Origin: Octopus vulgaris
Taxonomy: Eukaryota
Direction: 5' to 3'
NCBI GenBank assembly: GCA_951406725.2
Contig: OX597831.1
Span: 8,990,001-9,054,000 of the forward strand
DNA length: 64,000 nt
Shown here: piece after piece, positions 1 to 13,584 of the stretch
How positions within the stretch are numbered: the stretch's first letter is position 1
Layout of the letters: the number at the start of each line of letters is the position of its first letter
Made by a program: the position numbers and the translations under genes
Notes under the pieces: model-generated
What the model saw: the letters and a program-made list of their open reading frames with translations, nothing else
The model's database searches: none
What the model was told of the DNA's origin: nothing

Positions 1-164
1 GTCTGTAGCTATCTTGCATGAAATGAAGAAATGTAAAATTAATTCTTTTGAAGAAATACTTTTATTTCATACACAATATTTCCTAAGAAATCAAAGCATT
101 ACAGAGAACTCAACGAAATAATGATAATGATAATGATGATGGTAATAATAATAATAATAATAAC

Positions 165-231
<67 letters not shown>

Positions 232-1139
232 GCAAGGACAACAATGATAAAAAATATATGAGAGAGAGCATATTTTGTGTATGAGTTTTAACTTGCATAT
301 ATTAAAGAAAATTATGAGCTATTTGCTTTATCCAGCAAAAACATCTGGCAATTAAAAGAAACATGAGTGAAAAAAGGAATAAATCTGTGATTAGAAATAT
401 AGATGGAGTCTATAAAGAATTGTAAGAGGAGAATGATGAAGAATTAAAAAAAAGAAAAAAAGATTTCTGATATTCTTGATTTTTTTCGCATCAAAGTAAA
501 ATTAGAAAAATAACAATGATATATATATATTGCTTTTTTTAAACATTTACTTGTAATTCGTTCTGTTACGTAATGAACACCATTCGCGTTTAAGCATAGA
601 TTTCATCATTCCTGTAAACAAATACGGAAGAAATGAGGTGTTGACAAGACCGAGCATACTCTGAGTTTTCTTCGTAAAAAATGAATTGAATGTCAGTCCT
701 TACCTAATTATGTATATATTTTCCTCTCAGGATATTTCACATTGGTGAGATTTCCAATGTTTCTTTTATTAAATATGATATTATTGACATGTTTGTGCAT
801 ACATTTGTTTCATACAGGTGATGTAAATTTAAGTATTGGTGAACCAATATGTTCACAAGTTCCATAGTAAAATTCTGTTCTGGTGGTGTGAAGCCTGGCG
901 TTTTCATATTTCCAAAGAATTAATTTGTTTCTTTTTTTCTTCCTCTTTGACATCCTTAATTATTACAAAATAGAACGTTGCTTATCAACTTCTTAAAGAA
1001 ACCGATTCTAGCAGGACTCTGTATCAAAGTCGCAATGACTGAATATTATTAAAGTTCGATCTTGTGACTCAGAGATCAGTTGTGCAGTAAACGCAGAACA
1101 CTTGCCTTTCGGGTACTTCGGCATTTTTCATTGATAATT

Positions 1140-2470
1140 CTCACATAGAGACACCGTAAAACAATATTTTCTTCATATTTCCACAAGAAGAATATCCCGA
1201 ACGATATTTCTTTGATGCCTAACAATCGTTAAAGAAGATCATTAAGGAATTTATCGGACATATTTGCCAGAAATATAGGACGAATCAATAAAATGTAGAA
1301 CCTTGCAATAATTATTAAGATGAAAAACCCTAATGGCGCAATGACGTAATAAGTATAAAAGGAGGAGGAACGAAACGTGAATATTGATAGATATAAACAT
1401 TGCGTCTTTGAACAATGCAACTTTGAAGAATGTATGCAATGTAAGATCTTAGAAAACTACAAAGAAATTCCACATTGAATGCGTCTTTATAGTTTATAGA
1501 TCTAGGAATCTGTGATTTGAAAAGTACGGCTGTTGATAATAGTAACAATAACACTTGGTTTATTTGGCCATTGGTGTATAAGAAAGAAGAATGCTGAAAA
1601 TAATGGAATATTGTGAAATTACTTAGCAACTGAAAGTTTAAACAATACAAAAGATTTTCCTTAATATTCCTGCCTTCCTCCTCCTCCTCCTCCTTCTCCT
1701 CCTCTTCTATAGAATTTTATCAATACGATAGTCTGATATACAATATTGTTGAGTTTTGAATTCACATTTATTGAAATTTACTTCTGTTTTATCGGTTTAC
1801 TCAGTGCTTCAAGTAGATTCGAGCCCCCTTTTTGTTATTTATTTTATGCTTTGTACGAATGCAATAAATGTTATTGCGGTATGTTTCGTAACTCAGAGTA
1901 TTTCTTCGTCTCTTTGTACCTTAATGTATATTTATGTGTATATGTATGGTATATTTATGTGTACGGTATATCATATTACTGGATGTGCTATGTTATTGCT
2001 ACTGTGCGCTTGCGTGCATGTGTGTGTTTCATTATTGAATCAAATATTTTAGCCATGTCTGGTATTCCAAAGTGTTGTTGGTAAGAAAGGAGATGGTCGC
2101 TTCGGAAGGTCATAAACATTTCTTTGCTCTTTGCGGCGCTTCATTTAGAAAATTCCAAGTTCTAGAAGAGTTGTTCGGTTTAGTAACAATGCGGCCGAAG
2201 TATATTTGGAATTATGTGAATTTTTGATGGAATTATTGCGAGTAATGTTCACTCGGATGATCTGAACCATAACACTTTCTAGAATGTTCGTGAATGTAAA
2301 GATAACAGTGATAGATCAGTGGAATACTGTTTCGTTTGGGAATTTCGTGGGAGACTTAAAAATTGTTATAACGTTTTTCAGTTTCGAATTCCATAGATTT
2401 TCAATGATCATAGAATATATGTTTTTAACGACTTTGAACGAAAAATGTCTTGAGGTCACCGAAGAATGAG
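1140..2470. pseudogene. Highly degraded Penelope-like remnants
   Basis: Weak motifs: MPNNR.RRS...DIFARNI (~1216-1290 +), NIVYQTIV (~1720-1750 -), ITVIDQWNT...FFSFE (2284-2469 +). Confidence 0.35.
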
Positions 2471-4054
2471 GAACTACAAAGAAGGAAAATAAGAGGTTTG
2501 CAAAGCCAAAAGATGCCGATTGGCAGAAAGCTTCAAGGACCGAATATCATAATAGCTATTAAAAAAAGCTATTAAATAAAATGACTTATGACTAACGGGA
2601 AGATCAAAAGAGAAACTATTTACTTGGGAAGAGAAGCAGATGACATGTTTAAAGCTGTTTAAAGAGGGTACCAGACTAGAAATTTCATCAGAGCAATAAC
2701 CTTGGAAATTGGGGGAAGACGTGATAAATATAGATTTCGACGACGAGTCAAAGGTTTGAACCCGGTGAAAAGAAGACGAACTACCATTTGAACAATTTGA
2801 TTCTGAATTCTATCAAGAGGCTCAGACGAGTCAGCAGTCCAGAGATGGCGGCAATATTCAATTTTGCCGAGGTCGAATGCTCGGCAAAAGAAATTAATGA
2901 GACATCAAACTTCCTTGGCAGCGGTCATGGCAGTGAACCGAAATAATTCCGTCATATTCTACAAGTTTCAGGCATGTTTTTCTCCTCCTTCTCCTCCTCT
3001 TCTGCATTATCATCAATGTCACCGTCCCCTCGATATCGAATTGCGTTCTTCCGTGCAAGTATCACACTAAGTATACAGCATCTGTCATCCAATCAATTGT
3101 ACATTCATATCACATGTCCGTACCAGCACAATCAACCTTGTTTGCATATATTAACCGGATATATTTCCTTTCTCTCTCTCTCTCCCCTACACACACACAC
3201 ACACACAATATCTTTCTCCATGCTTATTGTTTTTCCGTTTTTCTGCTTTTCGTGCATGTTAGCGCTGCTATTTAGAATCAAAAGACTGCTGGGACTCCTC
3301 CATTGTCGTTTCGTAATGCGTTAGCAGCTACGTCCCCCATATATTCTTTTGTCCGAAGAACACTAACCTTACAAACTGATCGGTAGACAATAGCAAATGT
3401 CTCTCATTCACATTAAGATATTGCACTGATTGGCATTAAAACTAATAAGGTCCTTTCACAGAAAACATAATTAAACACACTGAAAATACAGGAGACGCTC
3501 GGTGTAATTTAACTACTTTCTGTTTTTTTCATTTCCATCAGTGATTTCCAGCAACGATTTCCAACAAGGAAACGTAAGAATCTTTAGAAGTCGTTTCAGA
3601 AATAATTTTTATTGTAATTTTACATCATTTTGCGGTAAATATTATAACTTCTACTATTGCGACTATTGCAACTAATAGATAGTAACATGTATGTATCTAT
3701 GTAGAATACATAAATAAAACAAGTGAAAAAGAAAATAAATTAATAATTACATGGGGAAAAAAACATGGGGAAAAAAATTAAATGTACTAACGTCAATAAC
3801 GTTTTGATTTAAACATAAATTTTATGGGAATTAACATTTCGGAAGTTAAAATGGAATATCGAAGACAAAGCATCTTACACTGACCTTTAAGTACAAATGC
3901 TATATATTTGCTCACTGCCAAGACAGTTTGTCACTATTAATAATCCTTGATGCTGTTATCAATACACAGCATAATCACAAACAGCTCATACACATGCAAT
4001 GCATATACATATATATATATATATATATATTCATCTGAATCTAAATTTTGCTGA

Positions 4055-4138
<84 letters not shown>

Positions 4139-4616
4139 GTATGTATCAGCTTTACCACATAATTAAAAGGAGACAAAATGTATTTTTTTTGCATGTAGAT
4201 ATGTTAAATTATCTCAACTTGTTCATATCGAAATGGAAATTTTGCAGTAATAAACCTAAGATTTACATATTTGGTTTTTGCTTTGCTAACAGTTTGTTAC
4301 GATGGTGGTTATGTAAAAACAGAAATGGGGATGCTTGTGTCCATTCTGCAACTGTTGCTGGTACAATTCCGTTCTGTTGGAAAATGTTATTAATAAAAGC
4401 CATGCAAATCGATGATGAAAGCGTTCTTGGGATTACTTGTAGCTGTCCTCCTGCACCTCCTGCCGCTGCTGCTGCTGCTGCTCCCCGCCTCCTCCTCCTT
4501 CTCTTCCTCCTCCACAACCACAACCACCACCACCACCGCTACATTCTTCTTCTTCTTCTTCTTCTTCTTCTTCTTCTTCTTCTTCTTCTTCTTCTTCTTC
4601 TTCAAGCTTTTATGTC

Positions 4617-4765
4617 GTGAGTTCAAATTTCACTGAGTTCGAAATTGCTTTTCCTTCTTTCGGAGTCGATGAAATAAATACCAGTGGAGTACGGGGGTCG
4701 GTGTAAAAGAGTAGGCTTTCTTTCCCCGAACTTATACGCCTTGTGCCTATGGTAGAAAAGAATAT
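4617..4765 (+). mobile_element. SINE family B fragment
   Basis: gagttcaaatt...ttccttctttcggagtcgatgaaataaataccag...gccttgtgcctatggtagaaaag matches the copies at 60765-61588. Confidence 0.7.
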
Positions 4766-4934
4766 GGTTATTAACAGAGCAGCGCATGCCGTCATACATT
4801 GTTTTGTATCAGATTTCATTGGTATTACTAGATTATCTTTATTCTTCACAAAATATGCCGGTAGCCCTGCTCCGAATGCATATTTAAAAAATATTTTGTT
4901 GCGTTTCAGAAAGCTTATTCCAATACATTCCGTA

Positions 4935-5110
4935 CTCAATACAATGGTTTCAAATTTTGACACGAGGCCAGGAATTTCTGGGTAGGGAATATATTTTGGC
5001 ACAGGGGGCCAAATATTCGGCTTCCGCAGAATTTGAACTTCAGAATGTAAAGACACACAAAATGTTTAGCTGCATTTCCCCTTGGCTTGCTAACGATTCT
5101 GCCAGCGCGC
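4935..5110 (-). mobile_element. SINE family B fragment
   Basis: gaatttgaacttcagaatgtaaagac...gctaacgattctgccagc is the reverse of the family B head. Confidence 0.6.
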
Positions 5111-6180
5111 GAAGGCTTATTCCTGCTTAATATAATATTTCCGTGTCGAAACTTTGGGTAATCTAATTGAATTCATTATTTTTCTTGTTTTCCTGTATAA
5201 TCTTGTTAATTTACTTACCGTCCAGTTGAGAATAATATAACTTACTACTTGAACATCGAGAGTAGCTATCATAACTTTTACCATTCTTTTTTTTTTAATA
5301 TTTTCTCATATTTAGCTGCTTCAGACATTAATCTAATTCATCTGTAATATTCCTTTCTAAATTTTCTTTCATTTGTCCGTGTCTAGACAATTAATTACAA
5401 CTATTTGTAAAGTCTCTGTTTGATACAATTCTAATATCTCTCTTCAATTATCTAACATCATATTAATAGAATTTATTATTTTTGCTTCCCTTTAGGGTTG
5501 CTTCGCCGTTTTTATGAATCTCATTTGTTATCAAGTCATCAAGTGAACAAAATGGCTGATTACAGCAGCGTTTCCATATGTTGACTATCTGCTATGCACA
5601 CGCTCACAAGGACACATGCAGGCACACACGCGCCCACACACACAATACGTTCCGCACCCGTAGTGATTAGTACCGAGTCCTGGTTGATGTATCGTGGTGG
5701 TTCAATGTTTGAATTCCGTGTAAAAACAATATCGAAATGGAGTTTTCTTAGAATATTGTCGTCCAAATGAGAATGGTATTCATTGTTCTAATTCAGAGTT
5801 TTCGCCATTAATGAAATGTGTTTCATACTTCTCCTTATCGATGCCACCTGACTCATGTCTAATATATCCAGAACCCACACCAGGAAAATACTGGCACACA
5901 CATACAGATCGTTAATCATACAAAATATACACATTCTTGCCTCATGAATTTTGTCCACTCATTAATTTTCAAAAACGTCATGAATCGATCAGTAATTGAT
6001 ATTTTACAACGTCCGTTCAGCCTTGAAAGAGTGTTTTCTATATTTTCGTACGTAATAAATAATTTTTGCGGCGTTATTACAGCTAGGTATGGTAACCTGC
6101 ATGAAAATAGCTGTGGGTTGTGAGATTTGGAGCTTCAGTGTTTCCCGCAGCCGTAGATTCCATTTGTTTCAAATGATCTC

Positions 6181-6545
6181 TTTTTCTCTTTTTCTCTTTT
6201 TACTTGTCGAGCAAATCGACCCCGGGACTTATTCTATTGTAAGCCCAGTACTTATTCTATCGGTCTCTTTTTGCCGAACTGCTAAGTGACAGGGACGTAA
6301 ACACACCAGCATCGGTTGTCAAGCAATGCTAGGGGGACATACACAAACACACACACATACACACACATATATACATATATACGACAGGCTTCTTTCAGTT
6401 TCCGTCTACCAAATCCACTCACAAGGCATTGGTCGGCCCGGAGCTATAGCAGAAGACACTTGTCCAAGATGCCACGCAGTGGGACTGAACCCGGAACCAT
6501 GTGGTTGGTTAGCAAGCTACTTACCACACAACCACTCCTGCGCCT
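6181..6545 (-). mobile_element. tRNA-derived SINE family A (tail partly deleted)
   Basis: Head ggcgcaggagtggttgtgtggtaag...ggttccgggttcagtccc (A/B box-like). Near-identical to the copies at 17299, 47204 and 56431. Confidence 0.9.
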
Positions 6546-7239
6546 ATCATGAAATATTTCCTGATCATGAAATATTTTTAACAAAATCTTATTTTTAATT
6601 TTAAAATATTTCAACCATAAATTTGCATCTTTCTTACTTCGTGTTATTTTACTCTTGTCTTAAAGAGAACAAAAAAAGAATAATTCTTGCATAGCGTTTA
6701 ATAGATAAAGTCGTTGTATTAATATGGTGTATTTTTCTGATAGGCCGAGAATGTAATTTCATTCATTGCAGTATATACTGCATCTCACTTGAAATTATCA
6801 TAATCAAAATCGTAAATAAAATTCTGTTACACAGTAGGAATATAAACCAAACTTACGCATCTAAGAGCATGTAAGGAAAACCTTCACTTTCCGATTTGTA
6901 TCGCACTTACTTCGTATATATTTTTATTTATAGACACATGTTGCCGAATGGCTAGAAATACTAATAATGTATCTCTGGTTATCGTTACTCTCTCAGCAAA
7001 ACACTATAATCTGAGTTATACTAAGCAACTCTCTGTCTATCTACCTCACTCTCTGTATCTTCCTCTCTTTCTCTCTATCTCTCTCGATTTCTATCTATAT
7101 GGCTGTCTGTCTTTCTCTCTCTCGCTCTCTTTCTCTCCCTGTGACTATCTATAAATATACATACATACATATACTTCCATGTATACATACATACATACAT
7201 TCATGCATACATACATACATAAATACGTACATACATACA

Positions 7240-7323
<84 letters not shown>

Positions 7324-7337
7324 GATACATCTATCTA

Positions 7338-7957
7338 CCGCGAGCGTCGCGTTCCTCTCAAGCAACTCTGCCATCCGAGACCAAACTTGTGCGACTTCAT
7401 TATAACAAAGGCATTCTATAGAGGATTAGTGGAGGGGAGGTGCGACGACGTTCTCGGGCAGAATCTAGGCGAGGACGAGAAAAACCTGATCCGCCTGTTC
7501 AGGAAAACCTTCGGACCAGGACCTATGGACAATCACCAAAGAACCCTGGCCTGACAGTGCTATCGAGAAACATTACCTGTTCGGGATAAGCTCTACAGGC
7601 ACGGTTCGAGACACATCGGACCGACTTGCCCGAGATGCGGTCAGAGCGACGAAACCGTTCTGCACGCCTTCGTGCAGTGTCCAACAATTTCGGACTTGTG
7701 GGCATATGCCGAACCCCTGCTGCCACGTGTGGGATGAGTCCGCCTATCGGCCGAGTCTATCTTGTCAATTGCTGCGCCACCTTTCCTCAACTGGGAAGGC
7801 AAGGCAGTTTTCATCGTACTGGTGGCCATGGTGAAAGAATGTGTGTGGTGGACTCGAGTGAAGGGACTAGAGACAAACACTTACCTCTCTGGTCAATCGC
7901 TCATCAACCTTTTCAAGTACCACTTGAAAAGGAAGATGAGAATGGAGAGGCGTAGCT
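7338..7957 (+). pseudogene. 3' fragment of a Tx1/L1-clade LINE ORF2 (zf-RVT domain)
   Basis: Read-through gives LPVRDKLYRHG...CPRCGQSDETVLHAFVQC...LWAYAE...KECVWWTR, with in-frame stops. Preceded by (CTAT)n and followed by (TA)n. Confidence 0.8.
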
Positions 7958-7981
7958 GTGTCATATATACAAATCCATATA

Positions 7982-8045
<64 letters not shown>

Positions 8046-8337
8046 TATAGTTATCAATAATAATATATGGTGAAATTAATTAATTTGGAATAATCATTAA
8101 TTTCACCAAGTAGATTTCGGCATGTAAAAGCTCCATTCGAGGAAGGTTTAAGTAATACTAAGTAATTAAGGGTTTAGCAACGATTTGCCTCACCACACAC
8201 CGAATTTAGAAATAGCAGTCAAAGAGTTATGGCTATTCTTTCTACTTAAGAGGGAGATCTCAGTAAAACCACAGCACTTAAAAGGCAAACGCAGGCAAAA
8301 GAGAAAGAAATGACGACAATCATTCTATATTAAGTCA

Positions 8338-8428
8338 CCTACGGACGTACGTTTCGAAATTAAGTCATAGGAAAGCATAAAAATTAAATAATTATGTCTT
8401 ACCCGACTACTTTTCTCCTCAGCGTAGG
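8338..8428 (-). ncRNA. Type I hammerhead ribozyme motif
   Basis: cctacg-CUGAGGA-gaaa...tttc-GAAAC-gtac-GUC-cgtagg: perfect 6-bp helix I, intact core, palindromic helix III (ACGTACGT). Confidence 0.8.
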
Positions 8429-9037
8429 ACTCTACAATTATGAATAATTGTGTATTAAATTTGAAGGCACTAGAAGACATCACCTCAACTCATGGTATCA
8501 GAGCGAGCGTAAGCCGATATATATATCTTTATACACACACATATATGTATGTATATGATTATATATAAACACACATAATTATATGTACTTATATATGTGT
8601 GTGTGTTAACGAGTGTGTGTGTATGTGTTCATAGACTCTTAGACCAGCCGCACACTACACTCACATCTATGAAAATCTTCAGATACATACACGCCCACAT
8701 GAACACTAGAAGCAGTTGATTCAAGAAGAATATAATGTACAAATATTTTACACCTACGTCGAAGCCATATCTTTCAGCTCCTGTTAACCGCTCACTCTCT
8801 CCTACTTCCTTATTCCATTGATGGTCGCACACATTTCTAGCGTTCTTTTGCATTTCCTTTCCTCATGATTCTTCTGTATTTTCCTTGCCCGTGTGTGTCA
8901 CTCATTCTTCTTTTTAACTGTATCAATCATGGTTCTTCTTCCCCTTATACTTGTCTATTCTGAGTAGTTTCAAAAAATGTACACACGATCATTTGTTTGT
9001 AAACACTCGTGAAGCTTCAAGAAAAATGTGCCTTTGC

Positions 9038-9116
<79 letters not shown>

Positions 9117-9433
9117 TCTGTGCTTGTGTGTATGTGTGTGTGTGTGTATTTGTATATTTCTGTGAGAGTATAAATACATGCAGAGGCGTATGTTCTTGCG
9201 AATAGATAGTTAGTTATATACACATAGATATCAAATTTATGAGCATGATTGCGTATAGGCCTGCATACATGATTTTATTCATATAATATAGAGACATTTT
9301 GACTGCAAGTATATCATATGTTAACGTATATATCATATATACTTTCACAAACTTACACACAAGTATATTCTTACATACATACACCCCCACATATATATAT
9401 ATATATATATGGATATATAAATACACATATATA

Positions 9434-9481
<48 letters not shown>

Positions 9482-9512
9482 CACATACATATATACATAC
9501 ATTTATATATAT

Positions 9513-9565
<53 letters not shown>

Positions 9566-10325
9566 TATGTAATGTATGTATAAATGTATGTATATTTACA
9601 TGAAGTAGTTTGCGTATGTGCGTGCACCTGGGTGAGAGTATGTCGGTAAGAATTTGCGTTTCCATGTGTGCAGATATGCAAATATTTGACATCTGTACAT
9701 GCTCATATAATTTTATGCCATTTCACATTACAGCCCCGTCAAACGCTGTTTCCCGTTAAGTTTCAAATACATATATTGTCAGCACGGGATATTACCAGAT
9801 ATACTTTTCGAATATTCTAACGACATCTAAGGTAAAATGATAAATACACTTCCAAGAATTTATTGAATTTAATTCGAAATGTATTTCCCACGTGAAACGT
9901 GGTCCCCCAATTCATGAGGTTGTTATATTCTGATTTTCAATAACAATGAAGATATGTATGATTTTTATGTTATTTATTTATTACTCCTCTCTTCCTCTCT
10001 GGCCGTATCTACTCGGGTTTAGAGACGCTTGTTCTCGTTCATACATCTATGATATCATGTTTTTGTCCCCCTCCTATATTGTGTGACGTGCGATGCTGTT
10101 GATAATTTGCATAACGGGGAAAGCGAATATATTTGGAGCCTCAACATCTGCTATTGTATTTGTTGCAGAACACCGATAAGGTGGAGTGTAGCATTGTATA
10201 ATGTTACTAGAACCGATATGTAACAATGACGACGTTTTCGTAAACCCGTGTATGCACTACCAAAGACTGAGCACCATAACTATTTTCTGCTTATTGTTAT
10301 TTCTATGTACACGAACACACACACA

Positions 10326-10365
<40 letters not shown>

Positions 10366-10786
10366 ACACACACAAATATATAATTCGTTACCGTAATTGT
10401 TGTCATAATGTTACTCTCTGAAGTTTGATCCCATCGATTTTAATACTTTTGGAGTGCGGGATTAATGAATAAAACAACAATCAAGTGCCCGGAACGATTC
10501 CCTCTGCAGTCTCGTATTTTCCCGTGTTGGGCTGGGCACACTGCGGGATAGTGTTAGGGGACGAATATAATAACTTCTCTTCCATATAAGAAATCGGTAA
10601 TCTAGAGATGAGAAACTGCTTCCATCTAGCATGAATAGCCTGACATTAGGCACAGAACTAAATAAGTAAAAGGACAGTACACATACAACCCTTCCAGTAA
10701 ATATCTGGGTCCCAAATGGCGTACATTATTTGTTTTATATTATCACTGATCTAACTCTTAATCGCTATATTTTTTGAGAATGTATT

Positions 10787-10844
<58 letters not shown>

Positions 10845-10847
<3 letters not shown>

Positions 10848-11077
10848 GTTGTCTACTCCTTATACAGAGTTTGACCACCTTCAGTAACTACACCTTAGCA
10901 CCCTCATGGCGTCTGAAGTGGCTTTTTAAAGCAGAGAATGTCCTCAAAAGACACCCACATGGATTGCACCTCTGATTCGGACTACCAAAACTGCAGATAA
11001 TTTCTGCTCTTTATGCATCTTAAAATGTATTTTGAGGCCTCCGTTGGATTTGCAAACCTTTTGGCATACATTGCAGG
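10845..11077 (-). pseudogene. 3' end of an RTE-like LINE with two degenerate C2H2 fingers and a (TA)n tail
   Basis: CNVCQKVCKSNGGLKIHFKMH...CNPCGCLLRTFSALKSHFRRH; homologous to 38596-38858. Confidence 0.65.
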
Positions 11078-11702
11078 TGTGTATGTATATATGTATATAT
11101 ATGATTATAAGGAAAAAGATATTTTCAGTGCATAGACTTCACTTTGAAGTATTAAGGATATTCAAACCTGAGGCGTTAGATTAATGTAGAAATAAGAATC
11201 AAAGATAGACAAATCAAATTTATATTTATATTTATATACGTTTATATTTATTCAGCCCTAGACCCAACCTGCATGAATTTCTCTAAAAGTATGTGCAATA
11301 CGTCAAACATATTAAAAATCTATGAAAAATATAATATATAAATATATACATAAAAAATATATTGAAAAAAGTAAATACATATATCGGTCGATTATAAAAC
11401 GAAATCATAAAAATAGTTAAGAGTCTGGAATATAAAACGTTTGTGTGTTACTAATGTAGTTAAAAATCCTACGGCTATATTCTTCAGGAGAAGAGGATCG
11501 GTAGCTATGACATTTACAGACCTTCCCTTATAGACACATCAGATCGATGTTCACGAGGGAAAATAGGGCGAAAAACAAAGGGGGTCAGAATGCTTACCTC
11601 AGAATGGGTATCAGCAAGAGTTCATATTTTAACGACAAATAAGGCAGCGTGTCAAACAAATCAGATCAACATAGAATTTTACTAAACTCTTAAATATGTT
11701 GA

Positions 11703-12560
11703 GGCGTAGCCATGGCTGTGTTCAGGAAGCTTATTTTGCAAACAGGTGTTTCAGGTTCACTCCCATAGCGCTCCAGCTGGGGCATGTGGCTTCCGCAATA
11801 ACCCTGGACCGATTAAAGCCTTCACAGTGAATTTGATTGACAAGTTTGTGGAAAACCGTCGTACATACATACATACATACATACATACATACATACATAC
11901 ATACTATCCAGATTATAAGTTCAGGTTTATACCTGTAATTATTGGAGCCCTGGGATATGTAACACACTGCCTAAATACCAATCTTGAGTAATCAGGCTTC
12001 TCAAAACCAGAAAGGAGAAAGCTAATTCGAAAACTACAAATCCAATCCATAACTGGAACTGTAAAAATCTATAAAACTTTCCAGAAGTTTATCATTTAAA
12101 TATATATGAGCATGTCTATATATGCAACTATATGCATGAAAATACATACATAATACATAGAAACATATATACATGCAAACAAAAATACCCTGTTGAAATT
12201 TCAATGAAGGAGCCTTGAATCTAGGTTGGAAACCGGTTCTTTCTTTATTGGCCAGAAATCTTCAAATAAAACAGGAACAATTACATACATACATAAATAC
12301 ATACATACATATATACATACAAACTGAAGCATCTATGTGTGTGTGTGTGTCGTGTATTTTAGTTTATGTGCTTGTCCCCCCCACCTCTTGACAGCCGGTG
12401 ATGGTTTGTTTTAATTCCCGTGGCTAGAGACTCGGCAAAAAGAAAGCGATGAAATAAATACCAGATTAAAAAAAAAATAGTGGGGTGGATTTGTTCGACC
12501 CTTCATGGTAGTGCTCCAACATGGCCACAATCTAAAGGCTGAAGCAAGAAGTGATAAAAA
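11703..12560 (+). mobile_element. Old SINE family A copy split by an R4-type LINE insertion (5' half 11703-11862, 3' half ~12335-12560)
   Basis: Degenerate head ggcgtagccatggctgtgttcagg...caggttcactccc and tail gtgctccaacatggccacaatc flank the insertion. Confidence 0.65.
11902..12282 (+). pseudogene. 5'-truncated R4/Dong-type (RLE) non-LTR element inserted in (CATA)n
   Basis: YPDYKFRFIPVIIGALGYVT...LQIQSITGTVKIYKTF matches the C-terminus of restriction-like endonuclease elements (P.IIGALG..., LQ...L.GT..I). (CATA)n on both sides. Confidence 0.75.
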
Positions 12561-13170
12561 AAATCTTAAGAGTTTATTTGCATTTGAACCCCGCACTCAG
12601 GCACACACACCTGGGCGCGCGCGCATAAGCTGTTTTAATAGTACTTTATTCTTGGTTTCTCGATTATTACCCGTTTGTAGAACGAAGCTGTTACGTTAGA
12701 AATATTATTTACAAGTTATTACAAACTATATTAATAATCTCTCAATCACAACAAAATTATCATTCCGTTTCTTATTGTAGCAACTGTCAAATTTTCTATA
12801 TTCTTCACCACGATTCATTTACAAGAAGACAACCTATTCTGAGAATGTTCATTGATTCATTTCTCTAAAAACTGTTTGTCACGCATACAGACCATTCAAA
12901 CTTATCTTTCGTCTATTAACGTTTATTTCTCACGTTTTGGTGTTCAATATCTCTTTTTATTTCATTGCTTTTATGTTGCAAATCTGGTATTAAAAGCGAC
13001 CCATTGCCGCGTTATATATTTTTGCCGGGTGCCGTAAACGGACTTCACTCTGTTCTAAAACTTGCGACAAAGTAATCGCTTTGATCATAATTACACCCCT
13101 TCCCCGCGCTCGTCCCGATAAATTGGAAATAAAAAAAGTGATAGGCACTTCCTTTTTTACTTGGAATCAT

Positions 13171-13368
13171 TTACTACTCTTTCATTTGCTTCAGTCATTT
13201 GACTGTGGCCATGCTGGAGCACCACCATTAGTCGAGCAAATCGATCCCAGGACTTATTCTTTGTAAGCTTAGTACATATTCTATCGGTCTCTTTTGCGGA
13301 ACCGCTAAGTTACGGGGACGTAAACACACCAGCATCAGTTGTCAAGTGATGTTGGTGTGTGTGGGGTA

Positions 13369-13433
<65 letters not shown>

Positions 13434-13584
13434 TTCAGTTTCCGTCTACCAAATCCACTCACAAAGCTTTGGTCGGCTCGAGGCTACAGTAGAAGACACT
13501 TGCCCAAGGTGCCACGCAGTGGGTCTGAACCTGGTACCATGTGCTTGGTAAGCAAGCTACTTACCACGCAGCCACTCCTGCGCC
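13171..13584 (-). mobile_element. SINE family A
   Basis: Full head, core and tail with an internal (CA)n; same consensus as the other copies. Confidence 0.9.

Noticed and set aside
4610-5056. 148-aa ORF of ordinary composition
   Set aside because: It spans two oppositely oriented SINE B fragments and starts at a non-ATG codon.
11420-11495. CUGAAGA plus stem on the minus strand (similar case at 43735-43790)
   Set aside because: GAAA box or helix I is missing; too degenerate to call.
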